From a virus, in the IMG/VR virus record IMGVR_UViG_3300043427_003610, positions 1 to 64,000 of that record: a stretch of DNA of 64,000 nt, one strand, 5' to 3'. A program made the translations under genes and the position numbers. Shown here piece by piece: positions 1 through 8,169 of this stretch. The stretch's first letter is position 1; every line of letters begins with the position of its first letter. The notes below the pieces were generated by a model, which saw only the letters and a program-made list of their open reading frames with translations, was not told where the DNA came from and ran no database searches.

Positions 1-14
1 GTGCGTACGCTCGG

Positions 15-932
15 TTGCTGGGCGCGTCGGCTCGGACGATCGCCTCGTACTTCGAGGCTTTGGAGCGTTGGGGGTTGGTGACCAGGGAAGGCAGCACCCG
101 GTCGCGGAAGTTCGTGTTGGGTCCGACGCCGAACGTGCTTTTCTGCGAGGACGTGGTGGTTGGGATGTACGGCGACCAGGTCCTCGAGTCGGTGAAGGCT
201 GGAACGATTACCGCCGGAATTTCGGTAATTGAGGGCCAAGGCAACCCTGTATCTGACTACGCAGTCCAGCAGCTGCTTGGGGTATACGGCGCTCAAACCT
301 TTGTCACGTATGCACTTCCGGAGCCGTCGACTCTCACGGGAACCGGATCGGTCGTTCTTCCGGATTACCGCAACTTCTCCTCTCTCGTAGTTAATCTCAG
401 TACGTATTCTAACTACGTACAGATTAAAGCACATGGAGAATTTGCAGAAATCGGGTTCCTGACGTACTCGGTCGATCTGCCCCCTGGCCTGGAAGTGGAT
501 AAGCGCATCACCTCCCCGAAGGAACGCGCGGCCCGCACGAAGACCTACACCCTGCCGCAGAAGTCCTGGGCGTTCACCAAGCCCGGCTGGACCCTGGAGC
601 GGATCAAGGAAGTGGACACCGAGCGGTACCCGCAGGTCATCGAGATCCTGGACTACTGGAACGAGCAGTTCCAGAACGAAGACCGGCTCAGCCCGTACAG
701 CTACGCGATCATCCGGACGCTGCTGTCTGAAGAGGCCATTCCGCTCGAGGGCGTGAAGCGCGGGATTCGCGCAGCCCGCCTGGACCCCTGGTGGGCCGAC
801 AAGGCCAACCTGGACAACTTTCTGAACAAGCCGTCGCGAGTCCGCCAGCTGTCCAAGAAGTCCACCCACGACCGGTACGGCCGCAACATGGACGTGCACC
901 CCAAGGGCGAAGTCATCGCCGTCGAGTTCTAG
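15..932 (+). CDS. Replication initiator/replisome-organiser-like protein (probably 5'-truncated by the window edge)
   Basis: N-terminal wHTH-like segment (ASARTIASYFEALERWGLVTR). C-terminal EILDYWNEQF...WWADKANLDNFL resembles phage initiator C-terminal domains. A DnaC-like loader lies downstream. Confidence 0.55.
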   Translation: MLGASARTIASYFEALERWGLVTREGSTRSRKFVLGPTPNVLFCEDVVVGMYGDQVLESVKAGTITAGISVIEGQGNPVSDYAVQQLLGVYGAQTFVTYALPEPSTLTGTGSVVLPDYRNFSSLVVNLSTYSNYVQIKAHGEFAEIGFLTYSVDLPPGLEVDKRITSPKERAARTKTYTLPQKSWAFTKPGWTLERIKEVDTERYPQVIEILDYWNEQFQNEDRLSPYSYAIIRTLLSEEAIPLEGVKRGIRAARLDPWWADKANLDNFLNKPSRVRQLSKKSTHDRYGRNMDVHPKGEVIAVEF

Positions 933-935
933 GCT

Positions 936-962
936 GTAAGGTTCTCCTACCTACCGTCAATT
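936..962 (+). promoter_or_regulatory. Class I bipartite promoter-like motif GTAAG-N15-GTCAATT
   Basis: Intergenic, 28 nt upstream of ATG 991; one of 7 copies with fixed spacing. Confidence 0.75.
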
Positions 963-990
963 CACATAGACACCTCTACCACGCGAAAAG

Positions 991-1350
991 ATGGCTGACG
1001 GAACTGATAAGGCACATGCGTTGCGCGCCGGGCGTTCGATGCTCCAGGAATGCCATGACTGTCATGGCAAGCCCTTGGGGCAGCATGTGTGTGCGTTCTT
1101 GACCGGCACGTTTGACCAGAACAACTGGAATTGCGGGACCTGGGCGCGGCTGGAGCGGACCGCGACCCGTTTTGAGGGCAGTGAGTTGGAAGTGCTGCTG
1201 CACGAGACCCCCAACGGGACCACGGTGGTCTGGTTCCGGCGGGTCGGGAACGCGCAGCGGGTCCGCAAGGCGCTGGCCTTCACCGCCAACTTCCAGCTCG
1301 TGCCCGTCACCCTGGAACTACTCGAGTCTATTCATGTCCGAACCGCTTAA
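991..1350 (+). CDS. Hypothetical protein (Cys/His-containing)
   Basis: ORF downstream of the promoter motif; overlaps the next gene. Confidence 0.6.
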   Translation: MADGTDKAHALRAGRSMLQECHDCHGKPLGQHVCAFLTGTFDQNNWNCGTWARLERTATRFEGSELEVLLHETPNGTTVVWFRRVGNAQRVRKALAFTANFQLVPVTLELLESIHVRTA

Positions 1351-1591
1351 GGCGGTAGTTGTGTTTTCGACCGCGTTCGTGTTGGACGTCTGCTGGGCGA
1401 TCTATATCCGGCGGACGGCGGCCGGGAAGGCGGCGGCGGCGGCGAGCTTCGCCACCGTGCTGTACCTCCTGGGCGCCTACAACACCATGTCGTTTGTGAA
1501 TCAGCCGTGGCTTTTGGCCCCGATCGCGGCGGGCGCCTGGCTCGGCACTTACACTGTGGTCCGGTGGGAGCACCGGGGAGGGGAGTCGTGA
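1334..1591 (+). CDS. Small membrane protein (about 3 TM helices)
   Basis: ATG 1334, MSEPLKAVVVFSTAFVLDVCWAIY...; hydrophobic segments. Confidence 0.65.
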   Translation: MSEPLKAVVVFSTAFVLDVCWAIYIRRTAAGKAAAAASFATVLYLLGAYNTMSFVNQPWLLAPIAAGAWLGTYTVVRWEHRGGES

Positions 1592-1815
1592 GCACTCGTC
1601 GTCGTCGTAGTCAGCGGGAAGAGATCTACTCGTTCATCAAGCGTCGGCCTGCGAACGGGGCCACCCGGAAGGAGCTGACCACCCGCCTGGGCATCCTGCA
1701 CCAGTCCGTGGGCCCGCGGGTGCTGGAGCTGATCTCTGCTGGCCTGGTCAAGCAGACCAAGGACACGCGGAACGGCTGCCACGTGCTGGTGCCGCGCGCG
1801 CGGAGGACCAAGTGA
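1588..1815 (+). CDS. Winged-helix DNA-binding protein
   Basis: GTGA overlap with the upstream stop; GATRKELTTRLGILHQSVGPRVLELISAGLV is a wHTH pattern. Confidence 0.7.
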   Translation: MSTRRRRSQREEIYSFIKRRPANGATRKELTTRLGILHQSVGPRVLELISAGLVKQTKDTRNGCHVLVPRARRTK

Positions 1816-1994
1816 TGGACGCCCAGCTTTCGGAAAATTTGCTGACGGCCAAGGAGGTCGCCAAGCGGCTCAAGGTGTCCCTGCGTCGGGTGCACCAGCT
1901 GGAAGTCCCCAAGATCCGGCTGGGCGCGCGCACCGTGCGGTTCCGGGAGCGCGACATCGTGTCCCTCATCGATTCGCGTGCTTCGCGCAGCTGA
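1812..1994 (+). CDS. Excisionase/AlpA-like HTH protein
   Basis: LLTAKEVAKRLKVSLRRVHQL...IRLGARTVRF is an HTH_17-type pattern. Confidence 0.75.
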   Translation: MMDAQLSENLLTAKEVAKRLKVSLRRVHQLEVPKIRLGARTVRFRERDIVSLIDSRASRS

Positions 1995-2568
1995 CCTGCT
2001 GCACCTCCAGCTCACCCCGACAGAACTCGAACGCTCCCGCTTTTTCGCCGGGAACGCCGAAGTCGGCGGCCGCAGCCAGGTTCGCCAGGCCCAGGACCGG
2101 AAGGATTCCTTGGCCACGGACCAGGCTGTCGGCCAGCTCGGGGAGATGGCCCTGAGCAAGTACCTGGGCGGCACCCCGCTGTTCTACGAGGTCACGCGCA
2201 GCATTCGGGACCTGGACCCCACGCGCGGGGACGACGGCGGCGACCTGCTGGCGTCGAACCTGGACGTCAAGTGCAGCCTGATGCGGGCAAGCACGGACCC
2301 GCTCAAGTACCGACTGCTTGTAAGACCGAGGGAGCGCCACGTCAATTCTGTATACCTGCTCGCGCTGGTGGAGCAGGACGTATGGCAGACCGGCAAGGTC
2401 TGTCTGGTCGGCTGGTGCCGGGATCGAGACCTGCCTGCCGAGTGTGCGCGAGACGGACCGTTCGCCGGTGCCTACGTCATCCCCGCCACCCAGCTGTACC
2501 CGTTGCCCCCGCTCGAATTCAACTGGCTCTGGAACTTCAACGAGATCACGTGTCGCACGACTGGCTGA
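1978..2568 (+). CDS. PD-(D/E)XK-like nuclease-fold phage protein
   Basis: GQLGEMALSKYLG...DDGGDL..NLDVKCS motif arrangement. Confidence 0.5.
   Translation: MLRAADLLHLQLTPTELERSRFFAGNAEVGGRSQVRQAQDRKDSLATDQAVGQLGEMALSKYLGGTPLFYEVTRSIRDLDPTRGDDGGDLLASNLDVKCSLMRASTDPLKYRLLVRPRERHVNSVYLLALVEQDVWQTGKVCLVGWCRDRDLPAECARDGPFAGAYVIPATQLYPLPPLEFNWLWNFNEITCRTTG
2320..2347 (+). promoter_or_regulatory. Class I motif GTAAG-N16-GTCAATT embedded in a CDS
   Basis: Exact match to both boxes; locally AT-rich codons. Confidence 0.55.
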
Positions 2569-3050
2569 CCCAAGACCACCTCGAGTTCCTCAAGGCACTC
2601 CTGCCGGAACTGGAAGACCGCACCGCCAAGCGCCGCGCGCGCGAAATGTTGTACGGGCTCACCGTGCAGCTCACCCAGCAGCTCACCGAAGACGCCGGTG
2701 AAGAGCTGATGTCCGAGCAGGAAGTCCCGCTCACCGAATCGGACCTGCAGGACGTGAACGCCCTGCTGGCCAAGGGGGTGCAGCACAACGGGGTGTTCCC
2801 GGAGCTGTCGGCCGTGCGGGTCGGCCGTGCGCTGCGGGTGGTGAGCGAACTGCTGGGCCGGGCCGCGGTCGGGGTCCTGGACCTGGAAGACCAGGAAGGC
2901 CTGGCGTGGATCTTCGACGTCGCGGCGGACGCCAATGAGGGCGTGAACCGCGGCAACGTGCGGCGGCTGGAGAACCTCGTCCGGGCGGGGCTCGGCCTGG
3001 ACGTTCGGCTCACCAACTACTCGCCGGTCAACAGCGAGTTCCCGGCCTGA
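2550..3050 (+). CDS. Hypothetical protein (start uncertain)
   Basis: Good codon usage from GTG 2550; stop overlaps the next ATG. Confidence 0.55.
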   Translation: MSHDWLTQDHLEFLKALLPELEDRTAKRRAREMLYGLTVQLTQQLTEDAGEELMSEQEVPLTESDLQDVNALLAKGVQHNGVFPELSAVRVGRALRVVSELLGRAAVGVLDLEDQEGLAWIFDVAADANEGVNRGNVRRLENLVRAGLGLDVRLTNYSPVNSEFPA

Positions 3051-3376
3051 TGCGGTTCCCGGGCGCGAAGTGCATGGAGTGCGGGCGTCCGCTCGGGGAA
3101 TCCGTCATGCCGGATCGTCCGATGTCCATGCTCGACGTGTTGTGCCCGCAGTGCATGCTCGACCTCGAATTCATCTCTCCACCACCACTCAATGACCCTG
3201 AAGACAGCGAAGACCGATTGGGACTGGCTCGAAGGCACGATCGAGTACCCGGAGTTTCGTCCATTTCTGATCGGCGTGCTCGAACGCTGTGGGATGCCCT
3301 TGGTGCTCTGCTACGACCGTTCCGCCGTATTGGACTACCTGACCGAGCAGCTTGGAAACGCGGACGACGCACTTGA
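3050..3376 (+). CDS. Small Zn-finger-like hypothetical protein (extent uncertain)
   Basis: CMEC...CPQC; TGATG coupling; 3' half overlaps the next gene. Confidence 0.35.
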   Translation: MRFPGAKCMECGRPLGESVMPDRPMSMLDVLCPQCMLDLEFISPPPLNDPEDSEDRLGLARRHDRVPGVSSISDRRARTLWDALGALLRPFRRIGLPDRAAWKRGRRT

Positions 3377-3503
3377 ACACTTTGAATTCAATGTCCTTGG
3401 CGGATATGTCGGACCCACAACACCCTTCTTCCTCGATCGCACCGTGGCTGCTGAACTCGGTGGAATGGCACCCGGCCCTGATGGGGAAGGCGCCGATCCC
3501 TGA
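3192..3503 (+). CDS. Conserved phage hypothetical protein
   Basis: CYDRSAVLDYL...DDALEHFEFNVLGGYVGPTTPFF resembles a widespread small phage protein pattern. Confidence 0.65.
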   Translation: MTLKTAKTDWDWLEGTIEYPEFRPFLIGVLERCGMPLVLCYDRSAVLDYLTEQLGNADDALEHFEFNVLGGYVGPTTPFFLDRTVAAELGGMAPGPDGEGADP

Positions 3504-4041
3504 GCAGTTCTCCGACGCCTCGATCGACATCGTGCCGCACCGCACCCTGAAGGAGTGCGTGCTGCGCTACGGCAAGGAGTTCTGGCAGGCGGCCAGCAAG
3601 GGCATGGCCCCGCTCTTCCTGGGCCCGCCCGCGCTGTACAAGTCGTACGCCGCCGCCGCCCTGGCCAAGGCGCTCCACGAGCGGGCGTGTATCCACGTGG
3701 CCTGGTGCGACGTGCCGATCACCCTGAACGGCCTGGAGCGGCGCCGGTTCGACCGGGCGACCGACGAGCAGATCGACCGCTGGAAGCAGGTCCCCTTCCT
3801 GGTCATGGACGACTTCGGCATGACCAAGCTCGACAGCTGGCAGTACGGGGTCATGGCCGAGATCGGCATGGCCCGGTTCGACACCGGCCGCCCGACCTGC
3901 TGGACCGGGAATATCGAGGTCGACAGCCCGCCCACGGTCGAGAAAGTGAACGAAGCCCTCCGGACCACTGCCGGGGTCCAGCTGGCCCGGCGGATCATGG
4001 AAAGGAGCGAAGGCTACCGAGTCTACGTCCGCGGCGTGTAA
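3460..4041 (+). CDS. DnaC/IstB-like AAA+ helicase loader
   Basis: IPEQFSDASID, degenerate Walker A GPPALYKS, Walker B FLVMDDFG, R....PTCWTGN, RIMER; start uncertain (3460 or 3481). Confidence 0.75.
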   Translation: MEWHPALMGKAPIPEQFSDASIDIVPHRTLKECVLRYGKEFWQAASKGMAPLFLGPPALYKSYAAAALAKALHERACIHVAWCDVPITLNGLERRRFDRATDEQIDRWKQVPFLVMDDFGMTKLDSWQYGVMAEIGMARFDTGRPTCWTGNIEVDSPPTVEKVNEALRTTAGVQLARRIMERSEGYRVYVRGV

Positions 4042-4065
4042 GAATCCCCACCCCTTCCGTCATTT
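4038..4065 (+). promoter_or_regulatory. Class I motif variant GTAAG-N16-GTCATTT
   Basis: 13 nt upstream of ATG 4079; one mismatch. Confidence 0.65.
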
Positions 4066-4078
4066 CTAATTGCCCACC

Positions 4079-4408
4079 ATGCAGATCACCTTCGAGCTGG
4101 CTGTCGTCGATTACGACATCATCGAACTCCGCTGGCCTGTGTCGTTCGGCCGGGTCACCGCCGAGCCGTACCATGCCATTGCAGAGGCCTTGGAGCCTGT
4201 TAAGGGCGTTGATCGCGTGGAGGTCCTCAGGTACACCGCCCACATCGAAATAGCGGAGCATGTGGAGAACCTGGGGACCGTGCTTGAGGACATCCGGGAC
4301 CACCTCCTGGATGACAAGAACTTGGCGCATGTCCTGGCCGAGGCTGGGGTGACGAACTACGGCGTCACCGTGTGTCCGGGTGTGGTGACTCGGCGTAACG
4401 AACCGTAG
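4079..4408 (+). CDS. Hypothetical protein
   Basis: ORF between a class I motif and a terminator. Confidence 0.65.
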   Translation: MQITFELAVVDYDIIELRWPVSFGRVTAEPYHAIAEALEPVKGVDRVEVLRYTAHIEIAEHVENLGTVLEDIRDHLLDDKNLAHVLAEAGVTNYGVTVCPGVVTRRNEP

Positions 4409-4425
4409 GGGCTGGACAAAGGGTT

Positions 4426-4475
4426 GGGGAGCGGCGCCATCCGGAGCTTCGGCTTCGGGTGGCGTCTGCTCTTTC
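4426..4475 (+). terminator. Intrinsic terminator-like hairpin with cUUCGg tetraloop
   Basis: GAGCGGCGCCATCCGGAGC-TTCG-GCTTCGGGTGGCGTCTGCTC then TTT. Confidence 0.7.
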
Positions 4476-4484
4476 CGACCTATT
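4456..4484 (+). promoter_or_regulatory. Class II promoter-like motif (CGACCTATT at 4476-4484)
   Basis: 7 nt upstream of ATG 4492 (leaderless geometry); overlaps the terminator right arm. Confidence 0.55.
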
Positions 4485-4491
4485 ACCGCCT

Positions 4492-5001
4492 ATGCACGCC
4501 TTTCTGCACTCCCAGCAACGCAATGCAACCTGTGCGGTGGCGGCCGTTCGAACGGTGCTCCACCGGCAGTTCGGCGCGCGTATCGCCGAGGCCGCCCTGG
4601 TGGCCCTCGGCACGGAGGCCCACGACCCGATCGTCAAGACCGGGAGCGACACCAGCGACATCCGCCGGATGGTCCGGCACGCCTCCCGGGCCTACAACCT
4701 GGGTCCGCCCTGGACGCTCCGGGCCCGGAAGCACGGCAGCTGGCGGCAGCTGCAGTACTGGACCAGGCAGGGCCGCTGGCCGATCTGCCAGGTGTTCGTG
4801 CCGGAAGCCCTGGAGCACCACGCCGTTGTGATCATCGCGGTCGAATCCGACCGGATCCAGTACTTCGATCCCGACCCTTCCGTAGGCAAGAAACCCCGGT
4901 GGATGTCCAAGGCGCGGTTTCTCGAGTGGTGGGCTTCGCCGCTCACCGGCGAGACGTGGTGGGCCGTGGTGAACGGCGGCGATTTGCTGCAGTACGAGTG
5001 A
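4492..5001 (+). CDS. Papain-fold C39-like cysteine peptidase
   Basis: QQRNATCAVAAV (Q..C), EHHAVVII (H), YFDPDP (D). Confidence 0.7.
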   Translation: MHAFLHSQQRNATCAVAAVRTVLHRQFGARIAEAALVALGTEAHDPIVKTGSDTSDIRRMVRHASRAYNLGPPWTLRARKHGSWRQLQYWTRQGRWPICQVFVPEALEHHAVVIIAVESDRIQYFDPDPSVGKKPRWMSKARFLEWWASPLTGETWWAVVNGGDLLQYE

Positions 5002-5030
5002 CGCTTAACCCCGTGTCGCTTCGACCTATT
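5002..5030 (+). promoter_or_regulatory. Class II motif CGCTT-N15-CGACCTATT
   Basis: Intergenic, upstream of GGAGG RBS and ATG 5053. Confidence 0.7.
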
Positions 5031-5052
5031 GGTAGCCCGCGCTGGAGGATCG

Positions 5053-5403
5053 ATGGCCGCTGGAACGTATGACATGGTGTGTGAGCAGGGAGCCACGTTC
5101 CAGCGCTCGCTGGTGTGGCAGGACGAGACGGAGTCGCCGATCAATCTGACCGGCTACTCGGCCCGTATGCAGGTGCGCCCGTCGATCAAGTCGACTGAGG
5201 TCGTCACCGAGCTGACCACGGCCAACGGCCGGATCGTGCTGTACCCGCTGCTCGGCAAGATCGAGCTGAACCTGACGGCCGTGCAGACCGCGGCGCTCGC
5301 CGCCAAGCAGTGCGTGTACGACCTCGAGCTGGTCTCCGGATCCGGATTCGTGACGCGGCTGCTGCAGGGCGCGTTCACGATCACGCCTGAGGTTACCCGG
5401 TGA
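5053..5403 (+). CDS. Virion accessory protein (BppU/LtfC-like beta-sandwich)
   Basis: EQGATF...PINLTGYSARMQVR...VYDLEL...RLLQGAFTITPEVT is a common phage structural pattern. Confidence 0.7.
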   Translation: MAAGTYDMVCEQGATFQRSLVWQDETESPINLTGYSARMQVRPSIKSTEVVTELTTANGRIVLYPLLGKIELNLTAVQTAALAAKQCVYDLELVSGSGFVTRLLQGAFTITPEVTR

Positions 5404-5855
5404 GCAACACCGTCCAGCTAGAGTCGACGCCGACCCAGGTCATCGTCGAGCAGGACGTGGTCCGGGTGGTCGCCGAGCAGACCTCGGTGCGCGTGGTCTC
5501 GGCTGGTGTGCAGGGACCCGCGGGTGGCTCTGGGCCGCTCCGCACGGCGAATCCGACCTGGGCGGCGACGATGGCGCTCGACTGGTCGAATGCCGATGTG
5601 GTACGGATCACTCTCGCAGGGAACACGACGTTCACGTTCACGGGGGCGCAGAACGACCAGCGCCTCATGCTCGAGTTGACGCAGGACGCTACCGGTGGCC
5701 GCTCGGTCACCTGGCCCGCGAATCTGCGCTATTCGGGAACCATCCCCGCAATTGCGCTCAGCACCGCGGGCGGCAGGCTCGACCGTATCGGCTTCATCTA
5801 CCGCGCAGGAACCAACACCTACGACGTGATCGCGATTGCGATCGGCTTCATCTGA
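5400..5855 (+). CDS. Fibre-associated structural protein
   Basis: ITLAGNTTFTFT...LELTQDATGGRSVTWP pattern seen in fibre tips. Confidence 0.6.
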   Translation: MSNTVQLESTPTQVIVEQDVVRVVAEQTSVRVVSAGVQGPAGGSGPLRTANPTWAATMALDWSNADVVRITLAGNTTFTFTGAQNDQRLMLELTQDATGGRSVTWPANLRYSGTIPAIALSTAGGRLDRIGFIYRAGTNTYDVIAIAIGFI

Positions 5856-5869
5856 GGAGGAGTACATAA

Positions 5870-6271
5870 ATGGCTAACGCGATCTATCCCAAGGCGAAGG
5901 AGCAGTTCCTTCAGGCTGGTATCAACATGTCGTCGGCGACCATCAAGGTGGCGCTCGTCGATACCGGCACCTACACCTACTCGGCTGCGCACGAGTTCCT
6001 GTCTTCGGTGAGCGGCATCGTCGGCACCGCGCAGACGCTCGGCAGCAAGGCGTTCACGAACGGCGTGTTCGATGCGGCCGACGTGACCTTCCCGGCGGTG
6101 ACGGGCAACACGGCCGAGGCGCTGCTGATCTACGTGGACACCGGTGTGGCTGGCACCAGCCGCTTGATCCTGTTCCAGGACACGGGCGTCACGGGCCTCC
6201 CGGTCACCCCGAACGGCGGTGACATCAACCTCGTGTTCGACAACGGCGCCAACAAGATCTTCGCTCTGTAA
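5870..6271 (+). CDS. Conserved phage virion protein
   Basis: Strong GAGGAGG RBS; MANAIYPKAKE...FDAADVTF...LPVTPNGGDI; highly biased codons. Confidence 0.7.
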   Translation: MANAIYPKAKEQFLQAGINMSSATIKVALVDTGTYTYSAAHEFLSSVSGIVGTAQTLGSKAFTNGVFDAADVTFPAVTGNTAEALLIYVDTGVAGTSRLILFQDTGVTGLPVTPNGGDINLVFDNGANKIFAL

Positions 6272-6289
6272 TCGACATCGAGTAGGCGG

Positions 6290-6336
6290 AGCACGGCGCC
6301 TTTCTGGACATTGCGGTTCAGGAAGGCGCCGTTGCT
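6290..6336 (+). terminator. Long RNA hairpin, possible terminator or processing site
   Basis: ACGGCGCCTTTCTGGAC-loop-GTTCAGGAAGGCGCCGT, 17 bp including G-U pairs. Confidence 0.55.
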
Positions 6337-6388
6337 GCTTTAAGCACCTAAGACTGAAAGGTAGGGATTACACACCGAGGGCCGACGT

Positions 6389-7633
6389 ATGGCAAGCAGC
6401 ACAGAGGGGGCAGCCGCGCTAAAGTTTCCGTGGATGACCGTCACTAGTCCGACGTTCACGAACTTTACGCTTGATGTCTCCGGGGAGCGGTTCGGGTTTG
6501 TGTTTCGTGTTCCGAAGACCGGAACCCTAAAGTACCTGCGATTCCGCATTGCAAGTATCGTGTCATCGGCGGCGATCCGCGCTGGTGTGTATGCGGTTGA
6601 CGTTGCCACGGGATTTCCGACCACGCAGATCCCGGGGTCGTCTAACGGTACGGTGACGCCTACGGCTCCGGGGCAATGGGATATCACGCTGAGCGCTGGA
6701 GCCTCAGTAACCGTTGGTGACGTCGTGGCGGTCGTTGTTGAGTTTGACAGCACGATTGGTAACCTTGGCGTCGGCCGCTACGCGACGAATCTGCCGTTCC
6801 CGTACGCGGTCTCGTTTAACGGCACATCGTGGAGCAAAGCCACCGGCCAGCCCGCCATGGTTATAGGCTACGACGACGACACGTATCCGATGTTTGATGG
6901 AGTCCAGAATCCGTCGTTTGCGTCCGTTACCTACAACCCAGCCAGCACGCCGTACGACGAGTACGGCCTCGCCTGGACTCCGGCTGCACCTGTGCGCCTC
7001 AAGGCAGTGATGGCGTACCTCGCGCTCGTAAGTGCGAACGGAAACTATGACGTGGTGCTCTATCAGGGCACGACCGCGTTGGCCACCAAATCCGTTGATG
7101 GGCATGTGTTGTCGCTGATTACAGGGACCCAGCACCTGGTATCGTTCGACAACCCGGTCAACCTGACGGCAGGTCAGCAGTATCGTCTGGTGATCAAGCC
7201 CACGGTATCAAGCCAAGGTGTGCAGCTGTGGTATAGCGGCATTGCAAGTGCCGCTGAACTGAATGCGTGGAATGGACCCGACTACTATTTGACGCGCCGA
7301 GTTGATGGTGGCGCGTGGAGTGATGATTCTGGAGCGGTACCGTGGATCACCCCGATCTTCGATCAGATTGACGACGGCACTGGTCCGGACATCACGGGCA
7401 CGTACACGATCAGCGGTGTGGTGACGCAAGCCGGGAACCCCGTGAGCGGGGCAACGGTGCGACTGATTCGTCAGAGCGACAACGGCATTGCTTCGACCAC
7501 CACGAACGCGCAGGGCCAGTATTCGTTCAGCGTGGCAAGCGGGCATTTGTACCATGCGATCGCGGAGTGGACCGACGGCGGGCAGAAGTACAATGCCAAG
7601 AGCCTGTGGGACCTCACGCCGGTCGCACCGTAA
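6389..7633 (+). CDS. Beta-rich virion/adhesin-like protein with C-terminal carboxypeptidase-regulatory-like domain
   Basis: TISGVVTQAGNPVSGATVRL...TTTNAQGQYSF. Confidence 0.6.
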   Translation: MASSTEGAAALKFPWMTVTSPTFTNFTLDVSGERFGFVFRVPKTGTLKYLRFRIASIVSSAAIRAGVYAVDVATGFPTTQIPGSSNGTVTPTAPGQWDITLSAGASVTVGDVVAVVVEFDSTIGNLGVGRYATNLPFPYAVSFNGTSWSKATGQPAMVIGYDDDTYPMFDGVQNPSFASVTYNPASTPYDEYGLAWTPAAPVRLKAVMAYLALVSANGNYDVVLYQGTTALATKSVDGHVLSLITGTQHLVSFDNPVNLTAGQQYRLVIKPTVSSQGVQLWYSGIASAAELNAWNGPDYYLTRRVDGGAWSDDSGAVPWITPIFDQIDDGTGPDITGTYTISGVVTQAGNPVSGATVRLIRQSDNGIASTTTNAQGQYSFSVASGHLYHAIAEWTDGGQKYNAKSLWDLTPVAP

Positions 7634-7645
7634 CGGAGACCAGGT

Positions 7646-7951
7646 ATGCCGACCAGGCAGATTGGAGCCGAGATGGTGGGGTGGGAAGGTCACGATAACA
7701 CGTGGTCGATTTGGTGCGACGACTTTGATTGGGACAACGTGGTAGCCGGGCGCGCGTACGGAAAGCCGCTTACGGATATGTTCGCCACAGAGTTGCCTTC
7801 GACATTGCAGCTCGGCCGAGACAAGCGCTTGGTGGTGGACATTTCGGGCATGCCGGTGGGCGAAGACTTCCGGCTCTGGCTTGAGTTCGACATGAATGAC
7901 AACACGATGGTACGCGTGCCGGACGCGTACGACCTGCTCACGATTCGATGA
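7646..7951 (+). CDS. Hypothetical protein
   Basis: GGAG RBS; ATGA overlap with the next gene. Confidence 0.6.
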   Translation: MPTRQIGAEMVGWEGHDNTWSIWCDDFDWDNVVAGRAYGKPLTDMFATELPSTLQLGRDKRLVVDISGMPVGEDFRLWLEFDMNDNTMVRVPDAYDLLTIR

Positions 7952-8166
7952 TCTCGGACATTGATCAGCTCAACGTGCGGATTAACGCCTTGCAGCAGCA
8001 GTTCCTGACGCTGCACGAGGAAGTCCGGCACATGCAGAAGCAACTGAGTACGCTCGGGTCGCCCTGGTGGCGGCGGGTCTTGTTTCGTCTCGACGGCTGG
8101 CCGCCGTGGTGGATTGTGGCCGAACGACCGAAGTGGCGTCCCTGGCGGCGCTGGTGGAGGAGTTAG
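7948..8166 (+). CDS. Small coiled-coil protein with Trp/Arg-rich C-terminus
   Basis: Translational coupling; PWWRRV...WPPWW...WRPWRRWW. Confidence 0.55.
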   Translation: MISDIDQLNVRINALQQQFLTLHEEVRHMQKQLSTLGSPWWRRVLFRLDGWPPWWIVAERPKWRPWRRWWRS

Positions 8167-8169
8167 GCA

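Noticed and set aside
4459-4491. ORF-track GTG start of the peptidase at 4459
   Set aside because: It lies within the terminator arm and upstream of the class II box; ATG 4492 fits better.
6383-6391. CGACGTATG as another class II box
   Set aside because: It overlaps the start codon itself and lacks the upstream CG box.
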